From sequence record MK250029.1: a DNA stretch of 64,000 bases; one strand, written 5' to 3'. Under the pieces are notes generated by a model, which saw nothing but the letters and a program-made list of their open reading frames with translations, made no database searches and was not told the DNA's origin. Positions 56,592 to 64,000 of this stretch are shown here, piece after piece (the stretch's first letter is position 1; the number at the start of each line of letters is the position of its first letter). The position numbers and the translations under genes are program-made.

Positions 56592-57134
56592 TTATGTTAA
56601 TGGATGAAATATTTCTTTTTGTTCTTTAATATATTTTTTTGCTTCAGGTAGATTATCAAATAAAATATCATTTTCATCTGGTTGACAGTAAACCATATTT
56701 CCATCATCTTCTATAATATAGATAATACCGAATGTATCTTGCATTGATGTTGGTTCAATTGGTTTACTGAATATGATTTTTCTTATTTGATTATCTACAA
56801 TTACATAGTAAATATTTGCATTTGCATCTATATTACTAGTCCATTTACCGATATAATTTATTTTATCATCATATGATGATAATTCATTATTCATGACATT
56901 ATCACCAAAAAATGAAGCTAAGTAATTATTATTTGCATTTACTTTATCTATGTTATCTCTAATAAGTCCATCAGATGTTAAATTAATTTGTGATTTATTA
57001 TCATCTGGATAAAAATATCCACCTATTATAATATCATCAAATTCATCATTATCTTCTTTTGGATTTAACAACATATCAGATAAGTTATTTAACTGAGGAA
57101 TATATTTATGTAATAATTTATAGGTATATTTCAT
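56592..57134 (-). CDS. Hypothetical protein, 180 aa
   Basis: ORF track; lone minus-strand gene in a plus-strand run. Confidence 0.65.
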   Translation of the reverse strand: MKYTYKLLHKYIPQLNNLSDMLLNPKEDNDEFDDIIIGGYFYPDDNKSQINLTSDGLIRDNIDKVNANNNYLASFFGDNVMNNELSSYDDKINYIGKWTSNIDANANIYYVIVDNQIRKIIFSKPIEPTSMQDTFGIIYIIEDDGNMVYCQPDENDILFDNLPEAKKYIKEQKEIFHPLT

Positions 57135-57172
57135 TTAATTTATTATATATAAACTTTAAAATATTTATTTAT

Positions 57173-57487
57173 ATGATTATAACATATACAGCATTTGATG
57201 GAAAGGTATTTAATGATCAAAAGGAATGTGAAGACTATGAATATAAATTAAAACTTTTAGGAGTTGCATATTCAGAATTCAGTAAATTTCTTGATAAAAT
57301 TCCAGAAGATTATAATGATAATCTTTGGATATGTAAAGAAAAATTAGAAATTAATGATGCATGTGGACAAGAACTTCCTACAATTGGAGATACTATAAAG
57401 GTTTTAACAAAAGATGATTTATCACATATGAGAGTAATTAAGACTCTGCTTAAAAATTTTAAATTGGATGATAATGGAAACAACTAG
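57173..57487 (+). CDS. Hypothetical protein, 104 aa
   Basis: MIITYTAFDGKVFNDQKECEDYE; start reassigned from the track's 57059. Confidence 0.7.
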   Translation: MIITYTAFDGKVFNDQKECEDYEYKLKLLGVAYSEFSKFLDKIPEDYNDNLWICKEKLEINDACGQELPTIGDTIKVLTKDDLSHMRVIKTLLKNFKLDDNGNN

Positions 57488-58022
57488 AAATGTTATAGAT
57501 AAAATTAAATATCTATATAAAAGGTTATATAAAGCCGAATTATTTTCTTCATCGTTAGCAGTTCGTATGAATGAGCGTGATGACTTTTATGAATATTCTA
57601 GACAACATCAACCAGCGTTTAAGATAGCTATGATGGAATTACTTAGTCATCCAGATGAAATGAATGCTCGTATTCCTTTTTACTGTTGTTATATATTACG
57701 TGAAAATGATTTTCTTAAATTATATGAAAATAAAAAGGATAAATTACCTTTAAATGAAGATTATGAATGGGATGAATGTAATTTATGGTTGAATCATTTT
57801 AAATCAACAAAAAATATAGATTACTACAAAGATTACAAAGAATATAAAAGATATTTAAATTTGAATTTTAAACCATTTAATCTATTTACTGGTAAAGATC
57901 CAAATCCTACATATGAAGAATATATCAGAAAAAGAGATTCTATCGATTCAATAAATAAATTTGTAACTAAATTAATAAAAGATAATAATATAAAGATAAC
58001 ATGGAAGTACGAGACGAAGTAA
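57468..58022 (+). CDS. Hypothetical protein, ~184 aa
   Basis: ORF track. Confidence 0.65.
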   Translation: MIMETTRNVIDKIKYLYKRLYKAELFSSSLAVRMNERDDFYEYSRQHQPAFKIAMMELLSHPDEMNARIPFYCCYILRENDFLKLYENKKDKLPLNEDYEWDECNLWLNHFKSTKNIDYYKDYKEYKRYLNLNFKPFNLFTGKDPNPTYEEYIRKRDSIDSINKFVTKLIKDNNIKITWKYETK

Positions 58023-58342
58023 AAAAGCGTATGGAAGAATCGTTAAAAGGATGTAAGATTATAGATAAACAAGAAACACCTAAAACTACAATACTTCCAG
58101 ATCTTTCAGATCCTGCTGAATATAAAAGATGGTTTAATATGGGTCAAAAAGAAGCAATGGTAAATCTACAGAAATATGTTGATTTAAACAAGAAAAATAA
58201 TATTAACTTTGAAACAGAGTTTAACTATCTTTATACGAATGGTGGAATTTGCGGATGGAATAAAATACCATATAAAACATTTTATAATATTATATATGGT
58301 AAACAGCGTGTTGATTTTAATGGTAATTTAACAGGTAATTAA
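58001..58342 (+). CDS. Hypothetical protein, 113 aa
   Basis: ORF track. Confidence 0.6.
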   Translation: MEVRDEVKKRMEESLKGCKIIDKQETPKTTILPDLSDPAEYKRWFNMGQKEAMVNLQKYVDLNKKNNINFETEFNYLYTNGGICGWNKIPYKTFYNIIYGKQRVDFNGNLTGN

Positions 58343-58345
58343 AAC

Positions 58346-58492
58346 ATGAATGTAGAACGAGCATTATTAAAATTAAATAAATTAAAATCTGAAATGGAAT
58401 TAGAATGCTTTTATAACACCAATGTTGAATATAAAGCAAAACCATGGTTAGAATTGGTGGAAGATATTATAGCATTCTTAGATGGTAAATAA
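58346..58492 (+). CDS. Small hypothetical protein, 48 aa
   Basis: ATG to TAA filling the operon gap. Confidence 0.5.
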   Translation: MNVERALLKLNKLKSEMELECFYNTNVEYKAKPWLELVEDIIAFLDGK

Positions 58493-58507
58493 AATTTATA
58501 TAAAGTT

Positions 58508-58861
58508 ATGTCATATAATTTAATACCAAAATATTATACATTATATCCTGAGTGTTCGAGTTCAACTTATTTATATTTTCATGATGAACCTTATGCATAT
58601 TGGTTAGAGAATAGTGAGTATAAAGTTTATGAATGGGTTTTATTTAAAGAATACAATGATTATAAATCTGTATGTCATCCAAATGATTGTATATCTGCAA
58701 TAAGTTATAATGATCTTATTGATTCATTTAAAACATATTCATTTTATGAGAATATGGATCGTGAAAAGATGTGCAGAACATTTAGACAAAGATCATTAGA
58801 AACAGAATTTGGACCTGAATCTGAACCTTATTGGGATTTTGAAGATTTTGTTGATGAATAA
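58508..58861 (+). CDS. Hypothetical protein, 117 aa
   Basis: ORF track. Confidence 0.65.
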   Translation: MSYNLIPKYYTLYPECSSSTYLYFHDEPYAYWLENSEYKVYEWVLFKEYNDYKSVCHPNDCISAISYNDLIDSFKTYSFYENMDREKMCRTFRQRSLETEFGPESEPYWDFEDFVDE

Positions 58862-58884
58862 TATATTTTATTTTTAAATAAGAA

Positions 58885-58915
58885 AATGGGAGATGAAATT
58901 CATTTCATCTCCCAT
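58885..58915. terminator. Bidirectional terminator
   Basis: ATGGGAGATGAAAT-TC-ATTTCATCTCCCAT. Confidence 0.75.
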
Positions 58916-58931
58916 ATATTTTATAAATATT

Positions 58932-59843
58932 TTATTCTCCCTGTGGAACTTCTAAAGCTAAGAAACCTAAGACAAAAAATCTATTATCCTTAATGTCTAT
59001 GTTGATGATACCAGTATTGAGATCGACAGAGTACTCACAGTCATTCTAGTAATGACCTCTACTACTACAATAATTGTAGTACTCACTAAAACCACTACCT
59101 TTTATAGCTTTACGTTTTTCGTCTATAGCTTTTTTATTTGCATGAATCTAATATAATTCACCAGGCAAAGGTAAATACCAATCACCTGGTTTAGTACCAA
59201 GTGTTGAATATGCTACGCAACAACATGCAGCAGGAGAGTAACCAGTACCTGAATTATTTGTTACACCATCACATATATGTTTATCTTGATTTGTAGCTTT
59301 AGATAAACATTGTTGTGTATCCCACTTACCTCCTATATATGATGTCTTACCAGTTCCTCCTTTTACATTACCTATTCTAGTATCATTATTACCAAAATAC
59401 ATATCTTGTGTATTATCAGAACCTGTTGCAGGTTTATTATAATTCATATAATTTAAAGACACAAATTTAGCTGTTTTAACAGCACCTATTGAATCATCAC
59501 CATTTTTGAAGTTTTCCATAACCTCAGGAATTACACAAATAGCAATAGGTGTATTATCAACGCTATTCGTCTATGCATCAAGTGTTAACTTACCATCTTT
59601 AGTTGAATAAAGAACATCTGCAACAGCAGGTTTCTTTTTACTAGATGAAGCATCCAATTTAACCGGAGACATATTTACTGAACTCAACATCAAACAATTA
59701 GGTCCTGGATGTCTCTAATCTATAAAAGACATAGATGCTGAATTATTAGATTTATATAAATAAGTAAATTCATCTTTATGATGAATCTATAAAGCAGCTT
59801 CATTCATTAGTTCATCAGTTGCAAACTATTTAATGAATTTCAT
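58932..59843 (-). CDS. CLec/DUF1566 (Lcl)-like C-terminal domain protein, candidate adhesin and DGR target, 303 aa
   Basis: GDWYLPLPGELY...YCSS...VDLNTG...KDNRFFVLGF follows the WYLPS.GEL...YWSS...V.F..G...K....VR pattern; joined through TAG. Confidence 0.7.
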
Positions 59844-60095
59844 AAATAATATATATTTTTTATTATATTTATACGTCTATTCATTAAAAACTTGCATCTT
59901 AATAAACATAACTCTAATTCTTATAAATAAAATACTATTTTATTAAAGCTCAATAATTTCAATAAAATTCTATTAAAATAACTAAAATTTTATTAGTTTT
60001 TTAATATAATTTTGATAATATTTTTCAACCAGTATATAGTATCTGTGATTAATTATTTTATACTAATTATGAATTATTTATAATTTTTTCTAGTT

Positions 60096-60470
60096 TTATA
60101 CTATACGTTTTACAGATTTTTTATCAGGCTTTATATATTCTCTATGTGGTCCATCTTCTAACGTATAACAATCAAGAAACCAATCTTTTAATTTTATTAT
60201 TTTTTCCAATTGTTGTTGTGTCGGACGCCATATATTTTGTCTAACTTTAAATCTATAAGGACCTAACTGAATCCGTACTCCTGGTATTTTAATTTTATCT
60301 GAAAACCTACCTACAGAAAAATAAAAATTAGGTAAAATTTTATTAGTAATACCTTCAAATGACATATACGGTAAAATTTTTTCTGGAGACCAAACGTCTA
60401 TATCAACATCTAATTTAATACAATTAGAAGGCAATCCAACAAAATTTATTTTTACTTTTCCATCTAATGT
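60096..60470 (-). pseudogene. Start-less diverged duplicate of an internal module of the 644-aa gene
   Basis: LDGKVKINFVG.PSNC, LPYMSFEGIT, IQLGPY and KDWFLDCY..EDGPHREY are shared with 61255-61590; in-frame TGA upstream and no ATG. Confidence 0.55.
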
Positions 60471-60471
60471 A

Positions 60472-62406
60472 TTATAAATTATTCATAATTTTTTCTACTT
60501 CTGCTCTTTTCTTTGCAGATACAATCCAACCCGGTGTTTTAACACCATTTATATTTAAGAATTTATTATATCGACAACCAATTTCTTTTAACTTATCTTT
60601 AATAGGAAGAATATCTTTATAATCGCCATATATAGCAATTGCTCTATCTGAATAATCATAAATCTTTACCTTACTATTATTTGTTACTTCAGTTCCCTTA
60701 TTATTTTCAGAATTAACTTCTGTATTATTTGTTGTAGTAATATCTGATTTACGTGGTCTTCCTCTACGTTTCTTTACCGGTTGACTTTCATCATTATTTG
60801 TTTCATCTGATGTCTGTTTAACAACATTATTTTCTTTTACTTTATTTCTTAATTCTTTCCTTAATTGTTTAGCTTCTTCTTTTCGTTGTTCAACAATTTT
60901 AGCTCTACGTTCTTCAACAGGTTTAACAATTACATCTCGTAAAGTTTCCGTACCACCTTTTTCAAGTTTAAATGATGTATGATCTAACCATTTACAGAAT
61001 GCTTCATATGTTCTATGTCCATCTGTAATAGAAAGACGTTTCATAAGAGTATATGAAATAAATCTATCACCTAATGATTTTATACGTATTACCCAGTTAT
61101 TACCAAAATATGTTGCACCAGCTTTTAAATATTTGATACAGTTTTCTTTCATTAATTCTGCATCCTCCTTCTTATCTTCTGTATGTTTATTTACAGAATC
61201 AATTTTTGCTTTTTCTTTTATAAAAGCTTCTTGTGCTTCTTTATTATCTGGTTCTACATATTCTCTATGTGGTCCATCCTTTGAACTATAGCAATCAAGG
61301 AACCAATCTTTCGATGTCAATATTGTTTTCCATTGTGGTTTTGTTGGTTTCCATCGTCTGCAATTAGCCTCAAATTTATAAGGACCTAACTGAATCATTA
61401 TTCCATAATTTTTACCAGGGAATCCACCTGCTTCAAAATTAAATTTAGATAAATTCTCCATAGTAATACCTTCAAATGACATATAAGGCAAAACTCTCCA
61501 AGGCATTTGTCTGATTCGTGCTGTTAATTCTGAACAGTTAGAAGGAAAACCAACAAAATTTATTTTAACTTTTCCGTCTAATGGTTGATATGGTTGATTA
61601 ACAGTTCTTTCATCATTAAATTCTAATTGAGCTCTATATGTTCCATTAGGTAAACCTGTAAGATTTCCTGTTTTTGGTAACCCTTTATATGAATAAACAT
61701 CATTTCTGAATGATGTATTTATTTTCTTAATAAATGAATAATCATTCATATTATAACATTCCATTAAACTTATTGAATCAGTTGATTCAATATCAACAGT
61801 TTCATTATCAATCCAACATCTTAATAAATTAATACTAACATCACCTTTATAATAATAGTTATGTTCATCAAATACAGTAGAATATAATTTCTCTTCCTTA
61901 ATATCATCACCATTAACATAAAAGTTTTTTGGATAAACGCCCTTTAAACCGGCACTAATAAAATTGATATTTTTTAAGTCTATTATATTATTAATTGCAT
62001 CTGAATCTTTTGCGTTTACATATCTTCCAACTTCTAGATTATATCTAAGCAATACATTACTGATACTGAATTCATTAAGTTCATCAATAAATTTCTGCGC
62101 ATCATTTAAACGTCTAAAAGATACATGTGTTAAATAAACTTTTGGTTCTTCTGGTTTTTTTGTTTCATAATAAAATGCTACTGTAGATCCTTCTACTTCT
62201 GAATGAACTTTTTTATCTACTGCATTTTTAATATCAATATAGCTATTACTGAAGGTTTGCTCTGTTAAATACGATTCACAATATGTTAACATATTTTTCG
62301 TTATCTTACCTGCAAGATCAGATGATAAGTCATCTCGGTTATCTACAATATCCTCAAAATCATCATCAAATAAACTTTCAATCAAACGTTTTACACATTT
62401 ATTCAT
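60472..62406 (-). CDS. Multidomain protein with LIES/LFDD N-terminus, AT-hook and a C-terminal YSDRAIA...GW domain, 644 aa
   Basis: ORF track; KRRGRPRK; YDYSDRAIAIYGD...IKDKLKEIGCRYNKFL...PGWIVS. Confidence 0.75.
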   Translation of the reverse strand: MNKCVKRLIESLFDDDFEDIVDNRDDLSSDLAGKITKNMLTYCESYLTEQTFSNSYIDIKNAVDKKVHSEVEGSTVAFYYETKKPEEPKVYLTHVSFRRLNDAQKFIDELNEFSISNVLLRYNLEVGRYVNAKDSDAINNIIDLKNINFISAGLKGVYPKNFYVNGDDIKEEKLYSTVFDEHNYYYKGDVSINLLRCWIDNETVDIESTDSISLMECYNMNDYSFIKKINTSFRNDVYSYKGLPKTGNLTGLPNGTYRAQLEFNDERTVNQPYQPLDGKVKINFVGFPSNCSELTARIRQMPWRVLPYMSFEGITMENLSKFNFEAGGFPGKNYGIMIQLGPYKFEANCRRWKPTKPQWKTILTSKDWFLDCYSSKDGPHREYVEPDNKEAQEAFIKEKAKIDSVNKHTEDKKEDAELMKENCIKYLKAGATYFGNNWVIRIKSLGDRFISYTLMKRLSITDGHRTYEAFCKWLDHTSFKLEKGGTETLRDVIVKPVEERRAKIVEQRKEEAKQLRKELRNKVKENNVVKQTSDETNNDESQPVKKRRGRPRKSDITTTNNTEVNSENNKGTEVTNNSKVKIYDYSDRAIAIYGDYKDILPIKDKLKEIGCRYNKFLNINGVKTPGWIVSAKKRAEVEKIMNNL

Positions 62407-62464
62407 ATTTTATAATTAAAAATTAACTTTTATTATTTATTAAAAAGAAAAGGTACAAGTTATA

Positions 62465-63655
62465 TTATCTAACTGTACCTTTTCCGAAAGCTTTATTAAT
62501 ATCTCGCTTAATTTCTATTATCGTATTCTTTATATATGTTTTATCATAATCCAATATATAATCTTTAAATCTACTACCATTATACTTATATCCTTTAAGT
62601 TCATGAAATAACTATAATACACGTCTTAAACAATCTGTATATGTATTATTTTCTATTTTATATACATCTAATACATCATATATTTTTTGTTTTATATCAT
62701 TAAACTATTTCTTTAATACATAAAAATCTCCTTCTGTATTATGGATTAACCTGTTAATACCTTTTGATGTATATCCTGTAGATATAAGTAATGCTCTATC
62801 TACTAATGTATTATATTTGTTAAATGGTGTTCTTATTTTTAGATTTAAGACTGTATTGAAATTCGTATCTGATTTTTGTCCAAGTTTTTTAAAGGTACCA
62901 TCTTTATTAAATTCACAATCAATTGCAATAGGTGCAGGCATAACATATGTTTTAAAATATTCAGCTTCACCTGTTTCTGAATTACAGAAATAAAAGAAAA
63001 ATACAGTAGTAATATTTCGAAGACATGTTTGACATTTATTTTCTTTTATTTCCAACTATCGCATATCATTTAAAATCTAATCAATACCTTTCATTGCATT
63101 ATTAACTTTACCCTTAAATGTATTATCATCAAAGAAACTACATAAAACTGATTTAACTTCTATATATGTTTCATCTCCATTTGGATATGTTAATTTAATA
63201 TCTGGACATTCATTCCTACCATTTGGTTCATGTTCAATTTTATAACCATCGGTTTCTGAAAATATTCTATGTACAATATATTCTGATGTATCATGACATA
63301 AAGTCATAAGCATTGAATCTTTATATAACAGTTTATTTTCATATGACATAAACTATGTTAATGAGCCATTAAATGTAATATCTTCAGTATCTTTATAGAT
63401 TTCTGTAAAATTCGGTTCTGGTAATGAAAGTGTTAAATAATAATCATCCATATAAGTATAAATGGAATTGTACAATTTATAGAACTATCGTTTATACTCA
63501 TCATCAGTAGAATACTCTAACCACTATCGAATACTTTCTTCCAAATCATTTGCTACAAAAATACTATCATCTAATGATGATAGAAACTATCGTCTTTCCT
63601 ATGGATTATTAATACATTTAAGAATACGCTACGGACTTTTTGATTTATTTAACAT
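62465..63655 (-). CDS. PD-(D/E)XK restriction-endonuclease-like protein, 396 aa
   Basis: ECPDIKLTYPNGDETYIEVKS; track ORFs 63077 and 62705 join through TAG. Confidence 0.6.
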
Positions 63656-63700
63656 TTTTTATTTTAGATTTATTTTAATACATATTATAATGAAACTGTA

Positions 63701-64000
63701 TTAAAAAGTCTTTTTAAAATTAATCAAAGATTCAGTTATATTTATAATTGTATCTCCTTTATAAACTGTTTCATTGAAATGATATTCATCTATAAGTTTC
63801 CCTTGTTTTGTCCGTATATTTAATTTCACATTAAAATTTAAAACATCATTATCTTCATCAGACACAATTAAATATTCATCATCAAATTTCATAATTACAT
63901 GATGTTCAGAATGTTCGTCTCCTATTAATACATTTAAATTGGTTATACAATAATTTTTAATTTTATTCTTTACAATAACATTAAATCTTTTATCTGATAA
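63701..64000 (-). CDS. Hypothetical protein, 5' partial
   Basis: Frame of track ORF 63701-63892 stays open to the window edge. Confidence 0.55.
   Translation of the reverse strand, partial: LSDKRFNVIVKNKIKNYCITNLNVLIGDEHSEHHVIMKFDDEYLIVSDEDNDVLNFNVKLNIRTKQGKLIDEYHFNETVYKGDTIINITESLINFKKTF

Noticed and set aside
7349-62400. Many short track ORFs antisense or off-frame to real genes (e.g. 7349, 8872, 9623, 11781, 12092, 15229, 17192, 18503, 19838, 34539, 36477, 39899, 43055, 49261, 52118, 54995)
   Set aside because: They overlap longer code-15 genes and show no recognisable motifs
1-64000. Amber suppressor tRNA (CUA), DGR template repeat or reverse transcriptase, integrase, rRNA
   Set aside because: None recognisable by eye in this window; they could lie elsewhere, and intron-split tRNAs are easy to miss

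Overview
Very AT-rich segment of a T4-like jumbo/mega-phage, most consistent with a Lak-type Prevotella/Bacteroidota megaphage. It uses genetic code 15 (TAG = Gln), so the supplied ORF track is fragmented at TAG and I re-joined the genes by hand. TAG-containing (inferred late) genes include gp13- and gp14-like neck proteins, the large terminase, baseplate/tail-like proteins, an amidase, homing-type endonucleases, many putative head-internal proteins with LxE-rich N-termini and a CLec/DUF1566-like protein whose 3' end resembles a DGR variable region. A 16-kb block (15029-30953) has no TAG codons. It holds a class II aldolase-like gene, a five-gene coiled-coil/PspA-like/SBP-OmpA/permease/ATPase ABC module, a tRNA-Leu(UAA) split by two group I introns (D-loop and anticodon), RF2 and an ORF-free structured transcription unit that may be a new ncRNA. 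Also present are a Dam-family methylase, a CCA-adding enzyme, a SET-like protein and a free-standing mini-intein with only 8+5 extein residues. Three promoter classes are visible. All family calls come from motif recognition by eye, with no database searches. N gaps lie at 489-511, 1459-1607, 24632-24656 and 46377-46397.
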